The notes beneath the pieces are model-generated. The model was given only the letters and a program-made list of their open reading frames with translations. It was not told the origin of the DNA and made no database searches. Both the position numbers and the translations under genes were made by a program. Source: Geosiphon pyriformis uo1 (Eukaryota; Fungi; Glomeromycota). Taken from it: a DNA stretch of 64,000 nucleotides. The stretch is from positions 248,001 through 312,000 of the forward strand of contig JAAOMT010000630.1 in assembly GCA_016748015.1 (NCBI GenBank), read 5' to 3'. Shown piece after piece: positions 26,308 through 39,800 of this stretch (position 1 is its first letter; each line of letters starts with the position of its first letter).

Positions 26308-28432
26308 TTACTGTTTCAAAAAAAAAATTTTTTATCATTTTCCGTCTTTTATTACTTAACTAAATAGATGTCAAAATATTTGTAAACAAAAATCATACAA
26401 CAAATGAGATTTCCTCTTATAGGAGGTAATGGATAAAAATAGGATAAACATAATCCAATTATAATGTATCATAGCCAAGAAAAACTTGATTCTTTGACAG
26501 ATTTGAAAAATTGAGATTCAAAAAAAAAACAAAAACAAAAACAAAAACAAAAACAAAAATAATAACAAAAACCAAACTCTCCTACCCCCTTCAAATTTTT
26601 ATTACATCATTTTAATAGTTAATAATAGTTCTGTTATATTTTTAATGGTAGAAACGATATATCATTTTCTTTCATCATTTAATCAATGTGATGTGTATTT
26701 GCTTTTTGTCGGTGGATCGCTTCAGAATTTTTTTTCTTTTCTTGTTTACTACTTTATTAGAATTCATTTATTGAAACTATTTATACATGTTTTGGGTAGT
26801 GTAAAAAGGTAATCTTAAAAGAAAAATCAATCATTTTCAATGCATACATTCAATGATTACAAATTTTGATTGAATACTTACGATTTTGCACATTTTCTGA
26901 AAAGTTAAACACAAATTTTGATTTCTTGTAACCTCTTTGACACTATATCTGGTAAAACAAAAAGAAAAAAAAGGAAAAAGAATGAAAGAGCCACAGTTAC
27001 ACTTATTCTAATCAAGATTAAAAAATCTTGAATCGGGTTTTTGATTCAGAAAATTGTTCGAATCAAATCAAAATCAAAATCAAAATCAAAATCAAAATCA
27101 AATCAAATCAATTATTAGTGAAATGTATGCATTTCGAAATCTTTATTTGCAATTCAAAATTACCATAATGTGTATCACTGGGAGTCAATGATAGGCTTGT
27201 ACTTTACACTTTTTTTTAGCATTAATACAATTAAAATAATATTTTTAATTCTTTTTTTATTCTACACCAAAAACTTGTTAATTTTCTTACCAGATTTAAA
27301 AATGATAACCGATAGAATAGTCCCACCGAAGGATACACATATTTCATTAAAAAATTGTATCATCATAATTTATTTTGTAACTCGCGATGTGTCAAGTTAT
27401 GAATCAAAAATCTAGATATATTTAATCTAAGGAATAAAATATTATTATTAATATGTGTGTGTGTTTTGTCCATGCGACGAAAATCAAAAAACTTTTTTTA
27501 CTCTTCTCATCTTTCGAGAAATATGAAAAGCACTGCTTACCCCGTACAAATAAAGTCAGATTTAGTAAATGTGATTAATATAAACTTTTAATCAAATCTC
27601 AATAGGACTTCTCCTTTTATTCTCTTATTTCTTGGTTGCTTTCATTTACTTATGTCCAATATTTCAAAATATTTTGCTCCTCGATTTTCAAACACTTTAT
27701 AGTTTCCCCACCGATTAAAGTTTTCAAAAATTCAAACATTAAACAAACACATTCAAACATTAAAAAACGAAACGAAACCCAAACGAAGTTACGAAACTCG
27801 ATTATTTTCAAAAATAATAACAAAAATCGTCTACGCGTGGAAAATCTACCGATTTTCACTTTTAATTAATTTCATCATCATTGTCTTGGTGTAAATTTTA
27901 ACCCCAAATCTTTAATTAAATTTTTTCATAGCCTCACACACGTATGAACTCTCGCTTCTCGGTCTTTCATAACCTACATATCATCCTAGGATTGTTTGAT
28001 TATATGCCTCTCAATTTCTATTTGAAAAATCTTTGACGCCAAAATGAAATCAATCTCCTAGAAAAAGCAAGACTTACAACCTATTATTGATCAAAATTGA
28101 ACATCATTTAATTCCGTCAACAGAAAACTCGTTCTTAATCGAAAATTAAATAATTATCAAGTTTACCCGAAATCTTCCAACATTATGGAAATCAATTTTT
28201 TGGGACGAAAATCAATCAGATGCTGAAAAACTAAACCGCTGAAAGAGTTCAAAGAAAGTCGTTATATCACATTTCCACACTTAAAATTAATTGTTTATCC
28301 ATACAAAATAAGCTGTAAAAAAAATTCACACAGAAAATTTCTTCCTAATTTGACCTCAAACTTTTTTCATTATTTACATTGGGCACATTTTCGTCCATTA
28401 TAATATATAGAAACTTCTTAACCCCTAAAATA

Positions 28433-28701
28433 ATGAAACGGTCGTCAAAATGCAAAGAGACTAGACTAATGCTAGTAGCCAAATCTATTTTATCTACTAG
28501 CATTACTCGTTATAGTTACCCTACTATTTCGGTCCACAATTCCTCGCCGATGATGGTGATATGGCAAAGGATCGTCTCTAAATTTCATCCCCATAAAAAC
28601 TCTTCCTCTTCTTTACTGTTTTTCTTTATAATATTTATTACCGTTTTAACATTACCATCTTCAGTTTCAGCTCAAAATAAATCATCAACTTCTAGTAATA
28701 C

Positions 28702-28752
<51 letters not shown>

Positions 28753-30073
28753 CAATAAAAATAATAACCCAATATTGACAGAATCTTCATTTGCCTTACC
28801 TTCTTCATTTCCTACTTCGTCATTATCTCCTCAGTCATCATCGGGAGTTATTTTTGTCTCACCATCCACCTCTACTTTTTCATCATCATTATCACAAAAA
28901 CCGGAAACTTCATCGTCATTATTAACAAGCACCGTTGCCTTTTCTCCTCCTCAAATTCCTTCCACTTCTTCAACTTTTTTTTCAAAATCTTCTTCAATGA
29001 CTACTCAACCAAAGACTTCTTCTGAACCATCATCAAATTCGTTAGATATACCACAAAGTAATTCTGACTCGTCAATATGTATCACAAATTGTGTAGTACA
29101 ATGGACTGTGACTGTTGCAATAGGTGCATTTTTTTTCGGGATAGTAATCTGGCGTATTTACCTTTGTTGCGCATATCAACGCAAAATTCATGAAAAACAT
29201 AGGACTCTTAGACGTCCAGGTTATCATTCTTCTATTCCTCCTTCTTCTCCTCTTCTGACCGCTATTCCAACCGCTCTTCAGTCAAAACGGATTTCCACTT
29301 ATTCCAATGATAACATGAGTCATGGATCAATGATGTTATTTCAACAACCAGGCGCAATACCAAGAGTTTATAATCAACGTGCATCAATGGTTTCCGCGAA
29401 ATTTCATCCTACTTCTCGACCACATTCTATCATCTCGATCAATAATCAGATGACAATGAACGCTCCGCGTAGATATTCTACCACATCTTCAAGTTTACCA
29501 CCACATCGTAAAAGTTTTTACGCAGCAGAACGTAACTCAAGTAGTGGATTCTTAAATTCACGAAATTCTTTACTCGTACCACAATCATTGACACCAACAT
29601 CACTCAAAGACCGTGATTCACCAGATTTAATGTTCTCTAACTCTTCAAATCTTTCTTCAGACACTTTCATAGAGAATATGACATATCTTACTGAGAAACA
29701 ACTTAGTGATGGAAATAGTAGTGCTCATAGTTTGACTACATCCTCAATAAATAATGGTGGAGGGTCAGAAAATGGTCTGGCAACGAATAACAATGAAATG
29801 GCAAATTCAACTTCACATTCTCGCCAAAATAGTCAAAGAAAATCATATCTTATAGCGTCACGTGATGTGGAAATTTTGATCGATGAGAACAATCCTGCTG
29901 TGGAGATTTCTTCGGAAAGTGATTCTTCTTTCTATCAACACGAATATGAAATGGATATTGAGCAACAAAAATCACATAGTCAAAAAATTTCTCGTGCACT
30001 TCGTAATTCAATGCATTTAAACCACATCCTTGGTTTGGAGACCGATGACGATGATGATGAGATTGATGATTAA
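28433..30073 (+). CDS. Intronless Ser/Thr-rich type I membrane protein (mucin/Mid2-like architecture)
   Basis: Hydrophobic signal-like stretch 'LLFFFIIFITVLTLPSSVSAQ', poly-Asn, S/T-rich ectodomain, one TM 'VVQWTVTVAIGAFFFGIVIW', juxtamembrane 'CC', Ser-rich tail. The start may be 28433 or 28550. Confidence 0.75.
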
Positions 30074-30857
30074 TCAGAATTGTTACAGGACAAAACATTG
30101 AATCAATTATGAGGTGAAATCTTTTGATTTTACTACCCATCCTTGATAGAAATTGGGATTTTTTGAGTAAAAAGTGGTTCCATGCTTAAGCCATTGGGAC
30201 AGTAACATTGGGAACTGTAATAGAATAGTGTGTATTAGTAGCACAGAGTTGAACATATTGTACTTGTACATAATATAATAACATAGTATTTATCCAAAAA
30301 ATGATTTTTGATTTTTTTTTTTTTATATTTTTTTGTTTAAAAGCATTCTCAATTTTTTTCTTGTTCTGGAATCAAGAAAAATCTCTTTATACCAATATTA
30401 AAAAACGCAAAAAAAAAACGCAATACTTTAGTGAAAAAGTGTGATTGGTTCAGAATGATCTTTGATTTATTGAACATAAAAAAAGGGTTTTAATTGGTGG
30501 TTTATTGTATTCTATTTTCTTTTAAACGCTAACTTTAATTCAACTCAAAAGGTACAATAGGCACCAAAAGTAACGCCCCATTTTTTATATCGTTACATAT
30601 GCCTACTGTGCAAACTTTATTATTAGATGTACTAGACCAAAAGCACAGCGAGAACTGCATATTTACTAATATATTCTCAATAATTTGAAATATGAAATTA
30701 TAGAAAACGCTGTTTGTCAATAAGAGATATATTAATTTTAGCATAAAAATTGTCAGGTGCCCAACGAAATTATAAATAGCAGATCCTTATAAATTAATTA
30801 GTGTGACACAACATTTACGTGTTTATACAAGCCTCTTCTGACTCAAAAGTTAAAAAA

Positions 30858-31590
30858 TCATAATTTCGATTTCTTTTCATCTTTAGAATCAACTCGAAGA
30901 ATGCCTTCTTGGGAAACAGAAGCAATCAAACGTCCATCCTGTGTATAAATCCGACCAAAAGCTAAACCACGACCAGATGAAGCTCGCGTTGTTTCCATTT
31001 CGTAAAGTAGCCTATGTTTCACTCAAAAAATTTAATATTTGTGAAAATTATAAAGTAAACCTTCTATAGACTTGCCATTCATCAGCCCTGAATTTTGAAT
31101 CATGATACCAAATTGAAGAGCATAATGAGGCCATCATTCCAAGGCGCGGTTTAGAAATGGGAGATAATCCGTGTGGCTTTGCAGCGGTAAGTAGTATGCT
31201 AAGAGAATAAGAAAAGAACGAAACCCTCAAAATCAGTATTTGCTCAAAATATTTTAGATTTCAATAAACTTATGCCTACTGGTAATCAGTGGCATATGCA
31301 AGAACAGTTTTGTGAAGAGATAAATCATCGCGTAAGCTTTCTTTCGCTTTAATCCACATTAACTAATGTAAAAATTTTCGATTAAATTCACCAATAAAAT
31401 AATAATAAACTAAAAAAGTAAAAATAATCAAACCTGCTTTGTACTTTTCTTCGGATACAAAACATCCTCCACGCTCATTAAACTTATATGACGAATTTCA
31501 AAAGGTGAATCCTTTCGATATATGTATATATAAAATGATAATTTAATAAGAATTTAAAATCTGCCTTCAGTCATTATTCATTCTGATTTA

Positions 31591-31626
<36 letters not shown>

Positions 31627-32364
31627 ACCTCTAATTCCAATACTTTTTCAATATATTTGGAATACCATTTCGGAACATCCGGATGTTTAACCAACCCTTT
31701 CATTAATTCTTGTTGACTGTCATTGAATCATGGTTGGTAGAAAATGATGGATTATGTTTATGATCTTTTCGCGAATAATAACCAGAATCTTAAATAATCA
31801 AGAAAAGTAAATTTTATTTTACTATAGTTACGAAATAAATGAATCTGGCCCACGACATTCTGGCATCGGTTGCTGATGTTCTACGCCAGTTGATTCAGGA
31901 ATTGCAAAACTACAAGTCAACGTAAAAATGCAGCGTCCTTTCTGTTTTGCTAATACAGTGCGAGTGCAATAACTTTTTCCTGAAAGAACAAAAATATTCT
32001 GCTAAATCAATTTGTAAAAAAAAAAGTTCGTGATAATTCACCAACCATCTCTTATTCTTTGAACTTCATATTGAATTGGAATTTTATTATCCCCAGGTAA
32101 AATAAAGTAAGAATGTAAGGACTATAAAATTTTCAAAAGATTGTTTTTAATAATGAAACATTAGAATTTTCCAATCTTTATTCTTACATGAACACTTTTT
32201 TCACGAGGAACTGTTGCAATAGCGGCAACGAGTGCCTGCCCAACAACCTGCCCACCAAAAACACCTCTCGCGCCAATCGGAATCCATAAATGTCTGCTTC
32301 TGTAATAATTTATATCAATTTCTTCTAATTCTAAGGCACTTTCAAGAAGATTCTGATATTCCAT
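30858..32364 (-). CDS. TES1: Peroxisomal acyl-CoA thioesterase II (TesB/ACOT8 family)
   Basis: Motifs 'RGVFGGQVVGQAL', 'SLHSYF', 'DEWLLYEME', 'GRGLAFGRIYTQDGRLIASVSQEG'. The C-terminus ends SKL* (PTS1). Multi-exon. Confidence 0.93.
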
Positions 32365-32606
32365 GTTATATTAATTAGATATTTTTTGTGATGGAAATCT
32401 AGAGCTTTGTTTCTTGTCAACATATCAGCTGATTGGTAGGGCAAAAATTACCCAATTCATTGAAAATCTCGGACTAGGTCCCAGAACATCCGAAGGGTTT
32501 TCTTTAAATTTTGTCATATACTCGAAATATTCAACGTGAAGGAATAGCGTTCTTTTTTTTAGAAATATGTTAAAATATTAATTAACAAGTCCTATTTGTC
32601 AAATTT

Positions 32607-33838
32607 CTAAACCATGCTATCAAATGCCCCAAGTTTCAATCTCAAATTAGGTCTCTTCTCTAACGAGTGCAGCAATCCTTCTACTGTAACATTAAAATGT
32701 GCGAATACATCAAAGTTTAAAAACTCATGAAACGGGTTCACAATTTCTAATACTAGTAGGCAAGGGAGTTTTTCTACAATTTTGGCGACCGACTCATTGT
32801 CAATAAGTGGAGATTTATGGGAAACGTGTAGGGCAAGATGCTCCAGGGTGGGACAGGTCTCAAGAAGACGCAACAAACCTAATGAGGAAAACCGCATGTT
32901 ATATACTCCCAAATTATTACCATCATCCAGATGGCGCCCATTATCATCCATGTCAAAATAGAGATGAGATTCAACGTAGATGAAAGATTTCAGCTCAGGT
33001 AGTGTATATTTGCGAGAATGGAGTTTGCTTGGAATGCTTGTCAAAAATGGTCCGTCATCCAAATCACAATTTTTTAGTAATAGATGTTCTAAAGACTGGG
33101 ATGATTTTCCCTCCAATATGGCAAGTATGATTTCTCCCGTAACTTGTCGACACCAGATAGTCAGGCTCACCAAGTGGCAACTTTGAAGAATATGCAAGAT
33201 TCCATTACCGTTAAAATATCGAGATTCCTTATAAAAAGATGATTTTCAGCAAAATTGAATTTAGAGTCAAAAAACTAAAGATACATAAAAATACAGACCA
33301 GAACCAGTTTTTTAAGTTGAGGACAGTACATGCCAATTGAAGTTGACAATGCATCGTTTAAGAAAGGTGATGACCCATGTAAAGAAATCTCCTCAAGGTT
33401 TGCTCCAATTTTTTGGAAGAAATCATACCATTGACCAGATATTTGACACTCTCTAAAATCCAAATCTAATGTAAAGGAGGTTAACTTCCATGGGCCATCA
33501 ATGAATGCTAATCTCTTTAACAAAATCGCGTTTTGCTTTGACCGCTGTTCATCAGGGGCTCTTAATGTTTTAGATTTTATCTTTATAATCCTAATAAAAT
33601 CAATATATTCCACAGTCTTTACAGGGGAGTTCAATGCCGAGCAGAAAGACTCGACTTTAAAAAAGCTGTCAAGCTGAACATCACGCCAAAGGAGCGGGAC
33701 TATGTTTCGGAAGAATTGCCAACTAACAATAAGCCAAGGTTGAAGTTTTGTGGAAACGTCATCGTGAAGCAGTTCAAAGATTGAGTACCAAACCTCGTCA
33801 GGAAATGAGGGTTTAGTTATACTCGTTGAAACTTGCAT
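32607..33838 (-). CDS. F-box/LRR (RNI-like) protein, 2 exons
   Basis: N-terminal 'FPDEVWYSIFELL...VSWQF...PLLWRDV' followed by LRR-like 'CPQLKKLVL' and 'CPTLEHLAL'. Confidence 0.8.
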
Positions 33839-33980
33839 TGTACAAACTCTTGTATTTGTGAAAATCTAGGAATCAAATAATTTTTGACGATAATAAAAGT
33901 CAAATAATTCTGCCACTGCATAATTTACATATTTGAACTTATAGATACCAAATTTTAAATCCCCTAACGCTGTTTTCAAT

Positions 33981-35485
33981 ATGTTACATATAGAAGATGA
34001 CCTTCAAACTAGTCTAATAAAAGAACTTGAAACTCAGGTCTTTTAATATACTTTAATTTTATTCTCTTCTCTTTTTTGAACCAATTATTTGTCAACTGTA
34101 GGAAAGAGAGTTGCAATGGTTGTTGAATTCTCAATTGCCAAACGCTATTTTGGAATTAAAGAGAGGCTTAAGGGTTAATATATTTTTTCAAATAAGTTTT
34201 GCCTTGAGTATTTAGAGGTCTCTCATAAACTTGAAGCCTGCCGTGTTGGTTCTTGTGATAGAAATGTGAAGCTTTAATTAACTCGCAAGAACACGGTAAA
34301 CAATTTTTAAATATTCAATTTTGTATAATTCTGAAACGCCCCATTAATGAAACAGATCGAATTCAGAATTTATCGGAACTACCACTTTGGCGGTTTCTTC
34401 AAACAAGTATTTTTTCAAAATTTTGATTTAATTCACAAGAGATCACACTAAAACTTTAGAATTCTTTCATATAGTAATGATACGCTTAAAGGGTTTGTCA
34501 CTCTGAATAGGAGCGCGATTCTAAAAGGGGTTGTTAAAGAAATTTATTGAAACTTCGAATTTCTGATCTTCAGAATATTAATTAATATTTTTAATTAGGA
34601 ATTACAATTAAAATTGCCAAATTATAATCGTGGCAATTTACTTAAAGTACAAATAAATGCACTAAAGCCATATTTTGTTGAACAGGTAAACTCGGAATTT
34701 TCAACCTTGAAAACTTTTGTCGCAATTATCTAAGACTATATATTCATTGAAGTTAGTAGATGCACAAAATTATTTTACAATGGCGTTGGATGCTCTCGAC
34801 TCTCTTAATGAGCCTTATTCTAAGCAGAGTATTACAGAGGTGGCAACAAAATGTGATCCAAGCTAAGCATTTATACAACCCGAAAAGTATTAAAATCCCA
34901 GTTCAACTTCAGATTCTAGAGAGCGCCCTCAAATATATTACTAACAGTCGAAACGTGTTGAGCAGTGCTAACGAAGACCGGAATTTCCCTTATAAAATAT
35001 GTGATCCTCAGGTATTTATTTAATGCCTTATAAACTTTACCTAGATAAAATATTATGTATTGACTCATCTGTTTCAACCCTAAATAGATGTTCAATCCCC
35101 CACTAGCTGATGATTTTATAATCGAGTTTTTTGTTGAAGGTGCAGAGATCGTTACTTCGGTTTATGCTCTTCAATATCAAATACCGGCCACACCCACACC
35201 GAAGTTGGTTCAGCTTGGGGGTATTTTAAGTTCAAAACAACCGGCAAAAGTTTGGTATCCTTTTGTGACAAGACGAATATTAATGATCAGGTTATCGTGT
35301 TGGAATAATATTTATTTCCTTAGTTTTTCAAAATGTGTCACAGTAAATATAAAGATAAGCAGGCAATTATTCTGGATCAGATCTCTGTGAGATCCTTAGA
35401 TCCGAGACTTGAAGAGATTGTGGAAGGATTGCGAAAGACAGAGAGAGAATGTTTGGCATGGAGAGCTAAATTGTCTCTATTTTGA
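33981..35485 (+). CDS. Rogdi / RAVE subunit Rav2-like leucine-zipper protein (~9 exons)
   Basis: Spliced translation 'ERELQWLLNSQLP...LAVSSNNNDTLKGFVTL...YFVEQL..AQNY...MFNPPLADDFIIEFFVEGAEIVTSVYAL...SVRSLDPRL...KLSLF*'. Confidence 0.85.
35255..35343 (+). other. U12-type (minor spliceosome) GT-AG intron in the Rogdi gene
   Basis: Donor GTATCCTTTT, branch-point-like TTTCCTTAG at 35315-35323, acceptor CAG at 35341-35343. Removal restores the frame. Confidence 0.8.
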
Positions 35486-35600
35486 AAATTCTTTATAAAG
35501 CACAAAGATTAGGTATTTCTATTCGCTGGTAGGGAGTATATATAAACAGTTTTAAATTTATATGTTTCTATATAATAATTTACAATGTAAAGAGGATTGT

Positions 35601-36712
35601 TCATTTAGAGCCATCATTTTTATAATTGGATTTTGAAAATTTAGAATAATTGCTATTTAAAGCCACGAATATTTCTGAAGATTGCAGAGCCCCATTTCTT
35701 TTTAGAAGAATAATTGTAAAGAATTAAAAACCGAATATTTACGTGGTTAAAAATCTGTGAAAGAAATCATTTCACTCACGATATAAGTACTTGCTCCACA
35801 GTGTCTGGATCGAAATCCGCCTCTCCAATTTGCTCAGTTATTTTTACCAAGTTAGCTATCAGTGTGCCATTTTTGTAAACTAGAATAGCGGGTAATCCCA
35901 CGGGATCGAACTCTAATTCTCGAGCCAAAATACGCAGAAATTTCACCTGGACGTATTTTCGAGCAAGAAGTGCCAGACACTCGTTCATACGTCGGCACTG
36001 TGGAATGAACTTTTCGGGAAATTGATATATGATTTCAGATTAGAAAGACAGTTCTCCCGCCGTCTAGTGTTTTTCATTTTTCAAAAAATATATGGGAACT
36101 CACATTTTCATATAAATGCAAGACAATTGCCACATTATTGGCTTCGTTGTCAATTGCTTTGACATACTGATTGGCGGAAATCTCTTTGAGACTTCCGAAT
36201 CGAGGATTATCACCTTTTGAAAATTCACCAACATTAATTTCTTTTAATCTTTTCTCCCTGTACTTTCTCAGAGCTTCTTTTTCTTCTTCGTCAGAACTGA
36301 GATTTTCAAATTCTTCAAGTAGCGCTTCATCACTGTTTTTTTTTAGTTCATCTTCACGATAACTCGTAGTGGTAAAAGCTTTAGACTGCATATGTTGATT
36401 GTGTGAAGCGATTGAAGCAACTTGACGTTCTCGGATCATTTGCTGATGGAAAGCGTGATCAGCCAATACACCTTTCGGACCAGTTTGGTGACCGCCATGT
36501 TGTGGTGGAGCCTGAAATGTCAAACTATCTCCGATAGTCTGTTTAGAAGCACTCATGAATAAATCTAAAGTGCTCTTGCCCTTTTAAAACACTATTCTTA
36601 CTTGGTTTTCCTCTTCTCCTTCAGATATATCTGACCCTTCTGGTGTTCTTTGAGGCTCTCCTACTGCATCATCTATAGAAGTTCGAAGTAAACTCTCGAC
36701 CAAGGCATCCAT
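35601..36712 (-). CDS. Phosducin-like protein (thioredoxin fold)
   Basis: Motifs 'QTGPKGVLAD', 'LRKYREKRLKEI', 'RFGSLKEIS', 'LARKYVQVKF', 'LPAILVYKNG'. 4 exons. Confidence 0.9.
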
Positions 36713-36862
36713 AGTTTTAAACAATCTAAAAATAAGATATCAATTATATCTGGTCTTATCAGATTTAAAGAAGGATCTGAATTATCACATGATGTAAATA
36801 ACCGGAATTGAGACGGAACCCAAGTAGATAAACTTCACTGTTGGTTTTTAGTTCCTAGCAAA

Positions 36863-39800
36863 ATGGGCGTACGGCGACCTTCTAATGGACACGTCTCACC
36901 ACTTGTCAATGGTTCGATGTCTTCGAACGGGCCTGTACCTTCTTCCTCCTCGGCGTCCCCTCCTATAAATGGCTATCAAATACCAAACGGTCATTTCCCA
37001 AATTATGAACCAGAACGACACTCTTATTCATCCTCAGATTCGAGTGAGCATTCGCCTACTGGTTATTTTTCAAGAGGCTTCGATGTAATTACGTACAAAA
37101 CAGATGATTTTTATGTGCGCGAAGCGTCCTCCTCGTCGAAGGGTCGTCCCTTACCAACACCTATATCAACTAATGTTGGAACACCTCCAAGTCCTGCTAG
37201 CGCGCTGACTCGTAGAGATCATATACCGGCTCATACCCATGAACGATCTAGGTCTACCTCTATGGATGAGGAGTTTGATTACGACTCATGGACTCTTGAC
37301 AAAGTATTAAAGTGGCTGGAGGACAACTCTTTCGGCGAATTTCGGCAGACTTTTCTTGGTATACTGAATATTGTATGATAGATTTTTGTTACTTTTTTTT
37401 TTAGAAATCTAACTATGATTTGCAATAAACGATTAACTACTTTAAACAGAAAAAGGCATATGCGGAAGGGAGTTTATTGGATTGAGTAGCTTTAAAAAGA
37501 TGAAAGAACTACAAAAGAGTACCAGTGAACGAAATCGACTAATAAATGCTATACGAAAAATCGGGGAAAAGCCTAAACGGGGCTCAATTTCAGATAGAGT
37601 AAACTTTGCAAAGATTTAATGATTTTGCCGAAAATTTCCCCAATTCTCATCACTTTTTTTCAATCACCCATAGGGTATTCCAAACCTATCTTGTAGCCCA
37701 CCTGCTGAATATTTGCCTAGCCCTTCTTCGGCTAATTCTTCTTTAATTGGGCAAACATCACCTACAACACCTATTAACTCCATTCCTTCTCCCACTGGAA
37801 AAGTCCCCGAAATAAATCCAAGAATCTCTTCCATAAATTGGAAATCAAACGCAAATAATACATCACATAGCCGCAAAACTGATGACACAGTGGCAAGCCC
37901 TCGGTCTCCCATTAGTAAAGAAGTTGACAACGTGAGAAAGCCTCCCAAAAAGTCTCACAGTTATCCTGTAAATACTTTTTCCTTCCCTGTTTATATGTTG
38001 AGGAATAACCATAATATATTTAATATTTATTTTCTTAGTCTGTTGTTAAACTTTTGGAGGGAGATGAAGAGAATAACAAAAATATGGAGGAATCTCCTAG
38101 AGTTGAAATTTTGGCCACGTGCGACCATTCAGTGTTTCGAGTGATAGATGTAACTGGTATTGGAGATCCTTTCGAAATCAAAAAAAAAATTTTTGATCAA
38201 TTAAACATTGATGGAGAGAGAGAAAAGTATGCTTTGTATTTGACCGGGACGAACAAAAAGGAAATTGGTTTGTTCATCAGATTGGTTGTGAACCTGGGAT
38301 TTTTAATCCACAAAAATAATAAATTTTTCTTTTGAACCAGGCCCATTGATTGATGATGAAGAGTTGATTAAAAAGTGCAAATCAGTAGATGATCGGGATA
38401 CTATAAAGTTTTTTATCGAGAGGGTTCAATCACAGAAAATGTCTTACACTTCTATTGTTGATACATCGCCCAATAAAATACAACATTCCACGAATAAAGA
38501 AAATAAACCATTTTCACACTCTGTGCCTGAACTTGGCAGAACCTCATTTAACCAACAAGCCCATGATCAACGTAATACAAGCCTTCAATCCAATCTGCCT
38601 TTCCCTGGTGGGTTTGATCCAGCCCTAAGAACCCAAGTTGCTATATTAAGCGGAATACCTGGAGAGAACACTCCTGTACATGAAGAACCAAAGGACTGGA
38701 GAAATATAACATTTCCAATTCCACAACATTATGAGCACTCACAAAAAATTTCAACAAACACTCCGCCAAAATCATCAGGAAATGGAAATCGAGGACTTGT
38801 GTCTATGAAACATTTACAAGATCGTAAATCTCAAGAACCCTTTCATCAGCCATATACATTAAATAAAGGTGATCGAAGAAACCCAGGAGATGGAAAGGCA
38901 AACTACCCTAATGCAGTCCCAGAATATCAACATACTCAGCCAAAACCTCCTCGTTCACATCCACATAGCTTACAACCTGGTAGACCTAATAGTGGTCACC
39001 AGCATTCTTCACAATCACACAATCTTAAACAGAGTATGAATCATAGTAAATCCACACCTTTTTTCGTTCAGTCCACATCGTTAGAAAGTCACAAACAATA
39101 TTCTATATCAAAAGACAATCAACTTACTGAATTTAAGACTGGAGCGGTAAATGCTTTGGGTAAAAAACAAATTTCGCATTTTTGTAAGTGTTCTAAATAA
39201 TGAAAATTACTAAAATTACTTTTTCAAATGGAGGTTCAGTTGATGATGACAATAATGATCGTGATAATGATGGTGATGATGATGATGATGATGATGACGA
39301 TGATGGTGATGATGATGATGATGATGAAAAAGAAGCCTCATTGGAAGAACCAAATCTATGGGAGAAAATAACAATACCTGACGTAAAAGATGCACAAGAA
39401 GAAGAATCTGATGATGATCTCTTTAAGGTTCCCCCTAAACCTACTAAGGCCTTAGTAGAACAAAAGTCTGGAGAAGAGTCGGAGATTTTGTCGACAAAAG
39501 CTTCTAATGGTTTCACTTTATTCCCAATTATTAAAGATAAAAATCGTGAAATACGTAGTATCATGTTGAAAACCACCCTTAATAGCAAATCAGTAAACCC
39601 ACCAAAGAAAATTGGTTTCGTTGAACCCGCAGAAAACCCTCAGCCTAATGAGCTGGAAATTCTTACTGCTCCTCAAGAAAACCCTCAGCCTAACGAACCG
39701 GAAGTTTTTACTGCTTCTCAAGAACTCAAGAATCTAGAAGATTTAAAAACACAAGTTGATGGAGGTGTAGAAGGCCCTTTTCAATCAAACTCTATCTCAG

